Notes: generated by a model not told the origin, from the letters alone. DNA of 64,000 nucleotides from a virus (IMGVR_UViG_3300021400_001310:32001-96000); one strand, 5' to 3'. Positions 50,631 through 60,596 are shown, counted from the stretch's first letter. Program-made: numbers and translations.

Positions 50631-50915
50631 TTATTCAGATTCTATCTTTGCTCCACACTTGGGGCAAAATTCACAATCCCAGTAGAATTCAATGATACCC
50701 GGATTTAGTGTGGAAATCTGATAAGGTCTTGTTTTTCTACAATTACTGCATACTAATAAACCAGAGATTTTATTTTTAATCCATTTTGCGTTTTTGACAG
50801 GAGCTACCTCGATTAGTCTATCACAATCACGAAATTCTTCTTCTATATCTTCTATTCTATCTGCATATTCATAGCTACAACCTATGCAGTGGAATCCTTT
50901 TTCGCAAATAAACAT
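50631..50915 (-). CDS. Zn-ribbon hypothetical protein
   Basis: CSNC...FCPKCGAK; AGGAG RBS before MFICE. Confidence 0.6.
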   Translation of the reverse strand: MFICEKGFHCIGCSYEYADRIEDIEEEFRDCDRLIEVAPVKNAKWIKNKISGLLVCSNCRKTRPYQISTLNPGIIEFYWDCEFCPKCGAKIESE

Positions 50916-51330
50916 TGTTTTTTCTCCTTCTGTTTTTTTTATGTAGTTATTGTTTTTTTGGTGAAAAATCTTTAATGTTCCGGCGATACGCCCCGCGAGC
51001 ATTATCGCACGATCCCTATCCCAACTTACGGCATGGGTCTCCGATTTGAATGTTTTCTTTCAGGTTAAACCCTATTCAAGTTGCGGTTATCATACAACCC
51101 ATACAAGGCTCAATAACAAACTGCGACTTGAAACAGCTCGTTACTTCAACGCCACACGAACAGTCTTGTGAATGTGATTAATAGCATTTGTGGAAATCTT
51201 GCAGGAGGTGCTCTGCCTGTTCGCTTCCAACTTTTTCACAGATGGTACGCATTGTTAAGAGGCGTCTGTGCATCTGGTATTGGGTACGAAGGACAGCTTT
51301 CCTAACCAGCCCCTTGTACTTCGGGGATGT

Positions 51331-51406
51331 TGGAGCTTCTGGACAGACTTGAACTGTCAACCTGATGCTTACAAGGCAACTGCTCTGCCAATTGAGCTAC
51401 AGAAGC
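51331..51406 (-). tRNA. tRNA-Thr(TGT)
   Basis: Cloverleaf, loop CTTGTAA, CCA. Confidence 0.9.
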
Positions 51407-51474
51407 ATAGATTATAGACTTCCAATTATAATATTTTTAAACAATTTTACCGCTCTTATATTGAGTTTAACTCA

Positions 51475-51600
51475 AATAATTAGGTAGGATTTGAACCTAC
51501 TTTTACCGTCTGCTGCTCATTCAACATTTCGGCTCTTGGTTATCGGTATCAATGAGTTTTCCTATACCTTAGCGTTCTTCCCCTTGAACTACTAATTATT
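51475..51600 (-). ncRNA. tRNA-like RNA with expanded central domain
   Basis: Acceptor-like stem, GTTC/GAAC D arm, GTAGG-TTCAAAT-CCTAC T arm; ~70 nt insert; no CCA. Confidence 0.5.
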
Positions 51601-51735
51601 CAAGCTTTTTAAAAATGACAGTTCTTGGCGAACTTATCTGATGTAGAACTGTTAAGATTATCCAGATACCAATTACGTTGTTAAGTATCATAATCCCGAA
51701 TAGCATAAGTTACGTTTTCCTATTACTAACGGCGC

Positions 51736-51823
51736 TGGTGGGTAGGGTTGGACTTGAACCAACAATGTCCCGTAGGAGCCAGATTTACAGTCTGGTGCAA
51801 TACCAATTATGCTCTACCTACCC
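51736..51823 (-). tRNA. tRNA-Tyr(GTA)
   Basis: CCAGA-CTGTAAA-TCTGG anticodon arm, long variable arm, CCA. Confidence 0.9.
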
Positions 51824-51977
51824 ATATAATTAAGGGTTTTCCTTCAGTTATAATTAACCTATCCAGTTTGCGGGTAACCCATAACCCTATAAAACTCCAT
51901 TAAAAACTGCTTTCTGGAACAACTTTTAATATCAACGTCACACTGACAATCTTGTTGCCAGCAACCTTTAAAGGTTT

Positions 51978-52070
51978 TGGTGGGAATAGTGGGATTTGAA
52001 CCCACATCAAAGGCGTTTCGTCGCATATACCCTTTCAAAGCGAAAAGCTTTACCATTAAGCTATATTCCC
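51978..52070 (-). tRNA. Atypical tRNA-like gene, anticodon unassignable
   Basis: Perfect acceptor GGGAATA/TATTCCC-ACCA, D and T arms; no canonical anticodon arm. Confidence 0.55.
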
Positions 52071-52330
52071 ATAAATTGCGTGTTTTTGTTGCCTAATGGC
52101 GTAGTCGGAAACAGGCTCAACACGCAAACCCTTTCAGAGCCTCCACACTTACTGTTCCGACGGAGCAATGTGCTTCAATGGCATTTGCCTGTGAATAGCT
52201 TCTTTAGTCTATAGCGACATCACCAGGCTATGGAGAAATTAGCCTCACTATGAGTCTCCTTACTCTTCTTTTGCGCAGTGGTAAGAGTACAACCACTTGC
52301 TGTTTATCTTGTCCGTTGGATAATCAGCGT

Positions 52331-52405
52331 TGGCAGGGATAGCTGGATTCGAACCAGCGGATAATGGAGTCAAAGTCCATTGCCTTACCGCTTGGCTATA
52401 CCCCC
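52331..52405 (-). tRNA. tRNA-Gln(TTG)
   Basis: ATGGA-CTTTGAC-TCCAT, GTTCGAATC T-arm, CCA. Confidence 0.92.
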
Positions 52406-52632
52406 ATGTAAGCAACTGGCTGTTCCTCAAACTCCATTTACCTTTTTCTTGATAGGACTTACCCGTTTCCTTTTCAAATTAGACGTGGTTGTACATTTGC
52501 CATTTCCATCAAGCACCAGTTGTTTTATTATTACTTATAATTCGGGAGCTTCTCCTGTGCTCATCACAAATCACCTCAATGGGTCATTGTTTTTAACATC
52601 TATTTTCAAATCTTTAACATCTTTATATTAAT

Positions 52633-53037
52633 TTACCACCATAGATCATAAAAGTATTTTGAAAAAAGTTCAAAGAATCTTTCTTTATCTTCGACACCCT
52701 TTTTCTCAACTAATTTCGTTTGTTCGATATCATACTTATATGTTTTATTTTTTTTATCGTATATAATACATTCATCGGTGCGCTTGTCTATGTCCATACC
52801 GTCCAGACACTCAATCATTTCAGACAGAATATATCTCCAATCTTCGATACTTCGACATTCATTATCCTTTGGATACGAGCAAGTTTTATCTCTGAACTCT
52901 GTTAACATATGCCTCATTATGTCGATAAACCAATAATCAATATCCCATAAGTCGTAGTTTGAATACCCTTTTATAAACCTTTGACATCTTCTTATGAATT
53001 TATCGAATTTATCTTCGATTCTATATTTAAGTTTCAT
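52633..53037 (-). CDS. Hypothetical protein
   Basis: DLW..D, W..IL.EMI, F.LF.KYF..LW conserved phage pattern. Confidence 0.6.
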   Translation of the reverse strand: MKLKYRIEDKFDKFIRRCQRFIKGYSNYDLWDIDYWFIDIMRHMLTEFRDKTCSYPKDNECRSIEDWRYILSEMIECLDGMDIDKRTDECIIYDKKNKTYKYDIEQTKLVEKKGVEDKERFFELFSKYFYDLWW

Positions 53038-53831
53038 AATTCAGCTCTTATCTCCCCGGGGTATTTATAATAAGGCATCGGCTGTAACTTAAATTTGTTC
53101 TTTTTATGAAGGTAATCGATGCGCTCTTTGATTGATTCGTCATCGCATACCCCTTCTCGAATATAACGATTTAATACAGCATATGAAAACCCTAAATTTT
53201 CTTCATCTGTTTTCCCACAAAGTCCGTCGGATGGTGTCTTATGAGTTAAATATTCTGGAAGACCGCAGGCATCGCCTACTGCAATAACTTCGTCAGTTGT
53301 CAGCATAGACAGCGGACTAAAGTCACCAACACTATCTCCGTATCTGGTTGAATACCCAACCCAATCTTCTGAAAGATTACAAGTGTTTGCAACCCTACCA
53401 TTAACGCTCTGTGAAACAGCATATAATGTTGCCATTCTTATTCTCGCCGGTAGATTAATTATTGTCTGTTCGGAAGGGTTAAAAATTTCCTCCAGTTTAT
53501 CCATAATATCTATAAAGGGATCTCTGATATCAATAGTGTAACTTTGGATATCAAGGATAGACAATAATAATTCGGAGTCTTTTATTGAATCATCGTCGTT
53601 ACAATCCTTATATATGGTATCGTCAGTATTTGGCATCAATACACCAATAACTCTGTCCTTTCCAAGAGCTTCTGCGCACAATGCGGCGACAACTGAGCTA
53701 TCCTTTCCGCCTGAAATACCAACGACAGCATTACAATCAGAACCTATCTCTTCGAAAGTCTTCCTAATCCACTTAACTATTTCATTCTTAACTTCTATAG
53801 CGTTGAAGTTAGATGCCGATTCATTTTTCAT
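53034..53831 (-). CDS. nadE: NH3-dependent NAD+ synthetase
   Basis: GISGGKDS, N..ARIRM..LY, GYSTRYGD, K.PSDGL. Confidence 0.92.
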   Translation of the reverse strand: MKNESASNFNAIEVKNEIVKWIRKTFEEIGSDCNAVVGISGGKDSSVVAALCAEALGKDRVIGVLMPNTDDTIYKDCNDDDSIKDSELLLSILDIQSYTIDIRDPFIDIMDKLEEIFNPSEQTIINLPARIRMATLYAVSQSVNGRVANTCNLSEDWVGYSTRYGDSVGDFSPLSMLTTDEVIAVGDACGLPEYLTHKTPSDGLCGKTDEENLGFSYAVLNRYIREGVCDDESIKERIDYLHKKNKFKLQPMPYYKYPGEIRAEL

Positions 53832-55300
53832 CAGAAATTACCTCCGTGTAATACTTTTCTTATATCACTCAAGCTTTGTTCACGGAGTAGTTCTCCATCT
53901 TTAAATACAGGCTCCAGTAAGTTACAATCATTACAAGCTTCATCCCATGTAAGTTCATCTTTATAAACTAATTTATTATCATAAAAATAAACCGAACAGC
54001 ATCCCTTTTGTGACTTTTTAAATCCGCCATCTTTGGGATTCTTAAATATAGGCACAGGCTTACCGTTAATCTCACAATATGTAGCTTTAATGCAAGAACT
54101 AAACGTGTCTCTTGTAAACGGCTTAAGAACGCCATCTTCTTCTATGCACTGGAAAGAAAAAGAACCAACACCAAGAGCTACGTTTGAACAGGCGAACCCA
54201 TTATCTGCTAAGATTTTATATATTTCCTCGCATCTTTGTATTGTGATTGAGTCGCCATAAATCGCCTTAACGTGTGGATCGAGAACCTTATATCCTTTAC
54301 TGTTAATTGTGCCACCAAACTCATCCCAAAGCTTGAAGACGGTCTTTGTTACAACATCAACACAATCTCCTGAGTCTCCTCTCATAAGCATGCATCCGTT
54401 ATGAGCCATGATTTCATCTTTAATCTGAGGAAGAACATTATCAATTATATTCCAGTAATCATAGGAATCCAGCACCGCTGAAAAACTTGTGTTAGGATAT
54501 ATCTCCGTAAGGAGCCTCTTCAATAATGTGATTTCGTCCCCGTCAACTGCGAAATTAGAACACATAACGGAATGTTCTGTGCTGGGACTTCCGAACGCAA
54601 CCGGTTCTTTCGTACAGTCACAGTTATACATATTTTCTAAATAGGGAATTGTCGGGACGGTAGCGGTGTTTAAGAATGATAAACACCAACCAGCTCCGGC
54701 TTTGATAGCGGATTCTGTGCACTCTTCTCCTCTGAAATCAAACGCTCCCAGAGCCTTGGCTCTGGGTATATTATCGTCGCATGTTAAATCATAATACTTA
54801 TTTACTATCTGACGATAGGTATACCCTACCGTGGCTGCAATCATGGGATGCCAGCTCTCTGCTGATATCAGGCTTTCAAGTGACTGAGGTAGCCACGCAA
54901 AATCAGGATGTGTATTTGTAATACCAAACATCGGGACATGCATAGGTACGATTGTCCCTTCGGGTAAAGCGACTATTTCAATAGGAAGATATCCCAATTT
55001 ATGAAGTTCGATTATCTTTTTTATACCATATACATCTTCTCCGAGAGTTGCATCCATTACTCTTTTATATTCAAACATTACATCTAAAAATGGCTTGTTA
55101 AAAAACTCATTATTAAAGTAATCAATAAGATATGTTTTTATGAATGCCTGAAGCCCAAACATAACAACGTTATCCCATCTCTTTACTCTACTCATTCGTG
55201 GCGTAAAGTATGAAACTGATTTATTAATGCCTTTAGGAAGCATCTCTGCATGTACTGATTTATAGAAATCAATTAGTAACATAGGGTTGATTTTGTTCAT
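53831..55300 (-). CDS. Nampt-like phosphoribosyltransferase (Namat-like candidate)
   Basis: DFYK..H, DFRG, STEHSVM, DSYD, RGDSGD, YGDSIT, GVGS, KKSQKG. Confidence 0.88.
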   Translation of the reverse strand: MNKINPMLLIDFYKSVHAEMLPKGINKSVSYFTPRMSRVKRWDNVVMFGLQAFIKTYLIDYFNNEFFNKPFLDVMFEYKRVMDATLGEDVYGIKKIIELHKLGYLPIEIVALPEGTIVPMHVPMFGITNTHPDFAWLPQSLESLISAESWHPMIAATVGYTYRQIVNKYYDLTCDDNIPRAKALGAFDFRGEECTESAIKAGAGWCLSFLNTATVPTIPYLENMYNCDCTKEPVAFGSPSTEHSVMCSNFAVDGDEITLLKRLLTEIYPNTSFSAVLDSYDYWNIIDNVLPQIKDEIMAHNGCMLMRGDSGDCVDVVTKTVFKLWDEFGGTINSKGYKVLDPHVKAIYGDSITIQRCEEIYKILADNGFACSNVALGVGSFSFQCIEEDGVLKPFTRDTFSSCIKATYCEINGKPVPIFKNPKDGGFKKSQKGCCSVYFYDNKLVYKDELTWDEACNDCNLLEPVFKDGELLREQSLSDIRKVLHGGNF

Positions 55301-55343
55301 TTATAATCTCCTTATATTGCTTTCACAAATTTATTCATTTCAT

Positions 55344-56165
55344 TTAGATATGACAGTCAACGATTGTGATTTCCCAATCATTTTGCTGTGCCTTTTTTAG
55401 AATTCTTTTCACTTTACTACGCCAAGCCTTAAAGTCCTCAGCGGTGGCGTGAGATATACCCCACCAACCCATTTGTCCGGGTTCTAACCATTCGCCTGAT
55501 GGCAAAAGCGCAGCATAGAATGTAAATCCAGAAACCCAAGCCGCATATTCTTCGGCATTTGCATATCGTTCGGTAAAGTATTCCCTCTTATACAAAATGA
55601 ATTCGAGAAGTTTTTTATCTTCTTCAGTAATAGGTTCTTGCCCCTCGATATACAACTGCCAAAATCTGATTGCGTTTTTGTATTTCTCTTCATTTCGGTA
55701 GTCAATATTAACATTACACATAGACGCTTCGTTTGTATAACTACCGTCTTTGAGCGGCACAATATCTGAAAATCTGCCGCCAATACAATACCAATCCCAC
55801 TTAGAATTAGGATTATAATTAGAAAATACAGAACCATCGGGTCTAATATTTTTCTTTGCGTAGTAACGGATGCCATCAAGGTAACAATCTTCGTCAGTCC
55901 AATGGAGTTTTTTTTGGAACTCTTTGGAGATATACTCGATATGAGCCTGATTATAAGAATGTTTTTCGATATACGCCTTTGGATCTTTTAAATATTCTGC
56001 ATAAACACCGTTTTTGTATGTTTCAATGTCACTGCGAACTTTTGCAATGATATCTGCCTTTGGTATGTGATGAGGTACAGGAAGATTCTCATCAAAAGGA
56101 GCGAGTAGTTCTTCAAGGTTTTTGCCGTCAGGATCAAGGAACACTGCAACAGCATAGTGACTCAT
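55344..56165 (-). CDS. Conserved phage hypothetical protein
   Basis: MSHY.V.V, YNPNSKWDWY.IGGR, VDCHI. Confidence 0.65.
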   Translation of the reverse strand: MSHYAVAVFLDPDGKNLEELLAPFDENLPVPHHIPKADIIAKVRSDIETYKNGVYAEYLKDPKAYIEKHSYNQAHIEYISKEFQKKLHWTDEDCYLDGIRYYAKKNIRPDGSVFSNYNPNSKWDWYCIGGRFSDIVPLKDGSYTNEASMCNVNIDYRNEEKYKNAIRFWQLYIEGQEPITEEDKKLLEFILYKREYFTERYANAEEYAAWVSGFTFYAALLPSGEWLEPGQMGWWGISHATAEDFKAWRSKVKRILKKAQQNDWEITIVDCHI

Positions 56166-56974
56166 GCAACTTCACCTCGCTTCAGAACTGTAATTTTTTC
56201 GTGCGCCAGAGTAAAGACGCTTCGAGTTGTGTAGATATGCTTAATCAAATTGGAATTGATAAGCTCACCTTTAAAGATTGTATTTTCACAGTGTGTAACG
56301 TATAAATATATATCATTAGCGCCAGCTTCTTTTAATGCCTTAGCTGAATAATAGAAAGTTCCACCCTTGCTGCAAATATCGTCTACTATAAGAATATCTT
56401 TTCCTTTTATAATCTCCGTATCTGCAACCATAATTCCTTCTATTTTACCGGTTCTCCAGTCTCTCTTTTTAATTCCGAAAGTGTATGGTCTATCTTTTGA
56501 AAGTTTCGACTCAGAGTATCGCTTCATTGCACCCTCATCTGGATAATATAGAACAACGTCAATATTTTCTTTTTCTAATAAAGACAATGCTTTGTGAGGA
56601 TAATAATCAATATCGGTAACAATTAAATTATTAATTAAAGCACAACTTACATTTGAATGTGGGTCTCTAACAAACACTTCCTCAAAGCCAAGAGAGTTAA
56701 TGAATTCTGCAAAATATTTAAGTGTAAAAATTTCGTCTGGATTTTTCACCCTATCCATCCTTGCGTTTGGTATATAAGGCATATATAAATGTATTTTATT
56801 ATTAGCGCTTCTTAGGTGCGAAGTAATATAGAATAAAACTGCCATTTCATAATCAGATTCATAATACCAAGAGATATTTGTTCGTGCGTTCCGTTCTACA
56901 TTAAGCCTGAGCGACATAGTTCCGTCTGGAAATGTATTATTATAGTTAATTACCTCTCCATTTACTTTTATCAT
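56162..56974 (-). CDS. PRPP-synthetase-like pyrophosphokinase (Adps-like candidate)
   Basis: FPDGT, MPYIPNARMDR, DPHS, PDEGA, VDDICSKGGTF. Confidence 0.88.
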   Translation of the reverse strand: MIKVNGEVINYNNTFPDGTMSLRLNVERNARTNISWYYESDYEMAVLFYITSHLRSANNKIHLYMPYIPNARMDRVKNPDEIFTLKYFAEFINSLGFEEVFVRDPHSNVSCALINNLIVTDIDYYPHKALSLLEKENIDVVLYYPDEGAMKRYSESKLSKDRPYTFGIKKRDWRTGKIEGIMVADTEIIKGKDILIVDDICSKGGTFYYSAKALKEAGANDIYLYVTHCENTIFKGELINSNLIKHIYTTRSVFTLAHEKITVLKRGEVA

Positions 56975-57240
56975 TTATGAGTCTCCTTTATACATCGTAT
57001 AGTATATTCGGGCATTCTTGACGCCCACCATTCATCAATCGCATTATCAAGTTCCAATTCATTAACATTATCATCTAATTCGTAGTTAGGCATTCGTTCT
57101 CCCCACCACTCAAGAGCCTGATCTAACGCTTCCGCTTCTGAGCTTGAAGTAATAATATAATATACTTCGTCCCAAAACTCCCCTATTCCAGCATAATATA
57201 CACGATCATAGAGTTCTACTTCAAAAATATAAAGTTCCAT
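56971..57240 (-). CDS. Hypothetical acidic protein
   Basis: ORF in operon. Confidence 0.5.
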   Translation of the reverse strand: MELYIFEVELYDRVYYAGIGEFWDEVYYIITSSSEAEALDQALEWWGERMPNYELDDNVNELELDNAIDEWWASRMPEYTIRCIKETHK

Positions 57241-57256
57241 TTTAATTCTTCTAAAA

Positions 57257-57796
57257 CTAATCTTCGTTAACTACGTTGATATGACAAGATTTCATAACGG
57301 CAAGCGCAGCTTTATGCTTATCAGGTGTTACACCTGCACAGCAACTTGCATCGACCGTAATATCTATCTGAGGATACATAGCTCTTATGATAAGCGCATT
57401 GGATACAACACATATATCTGTACATAACCCAACAATTTCAACCTCGTTAAGATGTCTTTCACCTATATTGTCTTCTTTATCGATTTTCACGTCCCAAGCA
57501 TCCCAACCAAAGGTAAACTTATCAATATGTTCACATTCGGGGATATCTATCTTGTCTGATATCTGCCAACCATCAGTACCACAAATACAATGCTTTACCG
57601 GCAGCATCTTTCCTTCATGTGTATCAAGATAGTTTTCATAGTGCGTATCCCTTGTAAATATAACTTCGTCGCCTCTGCTTACATACTCATCTATTTTCTG
57701 TTTTACACGAGGGACAATTTCTACAGCTTCCTTAGTTCCAAGTGTTCCATCAATAAAATCATTTTGCATATCAATAACTATTAGTGTTTTTCTCAT
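57257..57796 (-). CDS. pncA: Nicotinamidase / isochorismatase-family hydrolase
   Basis: IDMQNDF, D.H, HC..GT.G, K.TF, GLCTDICV. Confidence 0.8.
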   Translation of the reverse strand: MRKTLIVIDMQNDFIDGTLGTKEAVEIVPRVKQKIDEYVSRGDEVIFTRDTHYENYLDTHEGKMLPVKHCICGTDGWQISDKIDIPECEHIDKFTFGWDAWDVKIDKEDNIGERHLNEVEIVGLCTDICVVSNALIIRAMYPQIDITVDASCCAGVTPDKHKAALAVMKSCHINVVNED

Positions 57797-57807
57797 TACG
57801 CTCCTCC

Positions 57808-58134
57808 TTAATCAGTTGTACTATAGTAATAATCTAAATCCTCATTTTCTAAATTTTCACAGCACCAAAGGTCTAATTTAGCCCATAAGGTATTATATAA
57901 TGTTGCTAATTCCTTATTACTGTCAGCGTGTTCCCAAATTTTCCAATTCAAAACCATAACCAATTCAGTTATATATTCGACGTTATCTTTCCAACTTTCA
58001 AATGATCTGTTATATGTATCTCTGACTGCATCCGCACCAAATGAATCGGCAATGCTGAAATCCATATAGAATGTTGTTTTTGGTTTATACCCAGTTACTT
58101 TTTCAATATTCCAGTTTTTATACATATTATTCAC
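57808..58134 (-). CDS. Hypothetical protein
   Basis: TTFY.DFSIAD.FG conserved pattern. Confidence 0.6.
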   Translation of the reverse strand: MNNMYKNWNIEKVTGYKPKTTFYMDFSIADSFGADAVRDTYNRSFESWKDNVEYITELVMVLNWKIWEHADSNKELATLYNTLWAKLDLWCCENLENEDLDYYYSTTD

Positions 58135-58627
58135 ACTCTTTTCCCATGAAATATTCTGTAATCGGGGCTGAGACCCAACAGCTTAATTCACATGCGACTT
58201 CAACGGCTTTAGTCGGTGAGTTCCCGAAATATAAAGCTGCTAAAGCAAAATCCTCACCTGCTCCTATCGCAATATAATCAGTAATCTCGGTTACAAACAT
58301 TCTTTCTATAAGAAACAAATGACCTTTCACTGCAATCAAATAAGAATTTTCAATATGGCTTCCGGTGTAATCTTTTTTCCAAGAGGAGAACTCTACGATG
58401 AAATTAAGAACATCTTTTTCTGTTGGCGTCTCAGGCTTATGAGTTTGCGAAAAGCGGTACATCAGACTTGTTTCTTCCGCAATTCCCACGCCTCCGATTA
58501 TCATTTCGTTTATCGCTGAAAGCTTCGAGAAATCTAATTGTGGGTATTTTGTTGACCCCTTTACCGAAATTGAATCAGCAGCAATAACAATTTTATCCTT
58601 GTACACTTTCCCTGCCACTACACTCAT
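58127..58627 (-). CDS. Ntn-hydrolase, HslV/proteasome-beta-like peptidase
   Basis: M-S-VVAG, IVIAADS, K, AIGAG..FALAAL. Confidence 0.7.
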   Translation of the reverse strand: MSVVAGKVYKDKIVIAADSISVKGSTKYPQLDFSKLSAINEMIIGGVGIAEETSLMYRFSQTHKPETPTEKDVLNFIVEFSSWKKDYTGSHIENSYLIAVKGHLFLIERMFVTEITDYIAIGAGEDFALAALYFGNSPTKAVEVACELSCWVSAPITEYFMGKECE

Positions 58628-58854
58628 CACAAATCTCCTTTATAATACTGTTTTTAATAAATTCTATATTTCCGCTCGTTTGTGCTAATTGAATAGTATA
58701 ATGTATAATATTTTCTATCATACGATCCGTGTATGCACATTCATTGCCAAAATTATTTAAATAGTTTAAATACTGCTTACACTCATTAATTATTTTTTCT
58801 ATAAAATATTTTGGAACCACACTAAATTTCCTTTCTTTAATATCATTTCTGCAA

Positions 58855-59099
58855 AAATCCATATCTAATAATGGATTGCTGGGTTTAATTTTTACATGTG
58901 TCCGACAGGACATCCTTAAAAATTAAACTCTATAAATCCTGTTTACTTTGTTTCACTAATTTTGAAATATTACAAGTTAATATTTCAAAATTAATAAATA
59001 TTTAGTTTCTAACAAAGTGTCACTTCTGCGAAACGCAAGAAGCAGTTTAACGTATTCTTTATGTAAATTACCAAGTTAAACTAATCTGCATATGGATTT
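58855..59099 (-). ncRNA. Retron-like ncRNA unit C
   Basis: Head variant CACTTCTGCGAAACGCAAGAAGCAG; terminal IR AAATCCATAT 58855-64 / ATATGGATTT 59090-99; G at 59089; two long internal hairpins. Confidence 0.65.
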
Positions 59100-59104
59100 A
59101 TATC

Positions 59105-59401
59105 TTACCGATCTAATAAATATGTTACAGGGATAGTAGATCTATGAAGACGACGAGTCTGAAGGAGGAAGCCGGTCTTGCAGGCGTCCTGAAGACTTGG
59201 TGAACTGTTGCGAGACAACGCCGCTGGTATGGAACCAGGATGATGGAGGTGCATCGATTGATCAGTGTGAGATGAGGCGCTGCTCTGGATTATGGGCTGT
59301 ATTGGGGCGCAACCTACTGGGTGCCGTCGTCATTCTCTCAAAATGTAACTTCTGCGAAACGCGAGAAGCAGTTCAGAAATTTGAACTCATTGCATCGGTA
59401 A
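59105..59401 (-). ncRNA. Retron-like ncRNA unit B
   Basis: Head ~62 nt nearly identical to unit A; terminal IR TTACCGAT 59105-12 / ATCGGTAA 59394-401; G at 59393. Confidence 0.8.
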
Positions 59402-59444
59402 TAATAAGCCTTTACTTTTAGGTTAAAATATTATGTTTAATATT

Positions 59445-60596
59445 TTATTTCGTAAAATATGTAATATCGTTTTTAATCATATTTAGAACATTAACATTAT
59501 TTTTTTTGTTAATATGTTCGATTAATCGCATTATCCCCTTTTCTTCGACCATTGAATAATAGCTTCTTAACCCTTCCATATATTGAAGACGATCTAATTC
59601 GTAATTTTTACCAGCCTTTTTATCTCTGATATAGTTTGTAAGCATAGCTTCAAACTGTCTTTTCTTTTTATAGCCAATTGTTATTTCGTTATCTCTATTA
59701 AGCATAATTCCAAGATTCCAGTTTGAACCTGATGAAGAACCGTATCTCGTCTTTGAACAATTAATCTTAAATGGAGCGTTATATTTTTTCAGTACCTCGT
59801 TTATAATATTTTCAATTTCTTTATGGTTAAAATCGTATTTTGAAGAAATAAGAAAGTCGTCTGCGTATCTCGTATAAATATACTTTTGTTTGTTATAATC
59901 ATTTAATTTATTAGACAATTCAAAGTCAATCGGAATCATCATAACGTTAGTAATTATTGGAGATATTGGCGTACCCTGTGGCAGCCCGCCATTTAAAAAG
60001 GCTAATTCTATAGCCTTTGTCAGTTCTTCTCTTCCCTCTGAATTTTTCATCACTTCGCTTAACGGAAATATTTTAGAGAACATTTCTAATACGAAATCTA
60101 ATGTAGTGCTTCCAAAAAAGTCAGATAAATCATATTTACCAAACCATTTGCTTTCATTTGCCTGATGCTTTTTAACAGCATCTATAGTGCTTCTATGCTT
60201 AATATAGGCAAATGCTGATGTATGATATAAAAGCCTGCAATCATTTTCCAAAATATGCTTTAAATGACGGAGGCTCGATTTTAATTCATCATTTGGAGCG
60301 TCAATTCTTCTAAACGATTTTCCACTCCTCTTCGGAATATAAAATGTATTGTATAAATCAGCTCTATTAGAAGCTCTGAGGTAATCAGTATGCTTATTAA
60401 ACAATTTAAGCTTGTTGATTATTTCGTCTACATCGACAGACGAAAGAAGTCGCTGACTTATATTTTCTACACAATATGTTTTTGTGTTTGACGTATTAGG
60501 GGTTATCATATATGATTTTGCGTTTTCATCATTTAAAAATTCTTCTAAAGAAATCTGGTGATATTTGGGTTTTTGAAAAACAGTAAAAAAATACAT
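59445..60596 (-). CDS. Retron-like reverse transcriptase
   Basis: IPKRSG..R.I.AP, AFAY, DAVKKH (region-X-like), YDLSDFF, LPQGTPISP, YTRYADD; WNLG in place of VTG. Confidence 0.92.
   Translation of the reverse strand: MYFFTVFQKPKYHQISLEEFLNDENAKSYMITPNTSNTKTYCVENISQRLLSSVDVDEIINKLKLFNKHTDYLRASNRADLYNTFYIPKRSGKSFRRIDAPNDELKSSLRHLKHILENDCRLLYHTSAFAYIKHRSTIDAVKKHQANESKWFGKYDLSDFFGSTTLDFVLEMFSKIFPLSEVMKNSEGREELTKAIELAFLNGGLPQGTPISPIITNVMMIPIDFELSNKLNDYNKQKYIYTRYADDFLISSKYDFNHKEIENIINEVLKKYNAPFKINCSKTRYGSSSGSNWNLGIMLNRDNEITIGYKKKRQFEAMLTNYIRDKKAGKNYELDRLQYMEGLRSYYSMVEEKGIMRLIEHINKKNNVNVLNMIKNDITYFTK

Noticed and set aside
50157-52631. Short ORFs overlapping tRNAs (50157-50372, 51178-51360, 51859-52056, 52380-52631)
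   Set aside because: They overlap tRNA genes and have no RBS or protein features
58593-58913. 106-aa ORF as annotated
   Set aside because: Its 5' part lies in the hairpins of unit C and lacks an RBS; a shorter gene may exist but its start is uncertain
59445-60596. RT as a DGR or group II intron
   Set aside because: No TR/VR pair differing at adenines, no Avd-like gene, no maturase/endonuclease domain and no interrupted gene; motifs and ncRNA layout are retron-like
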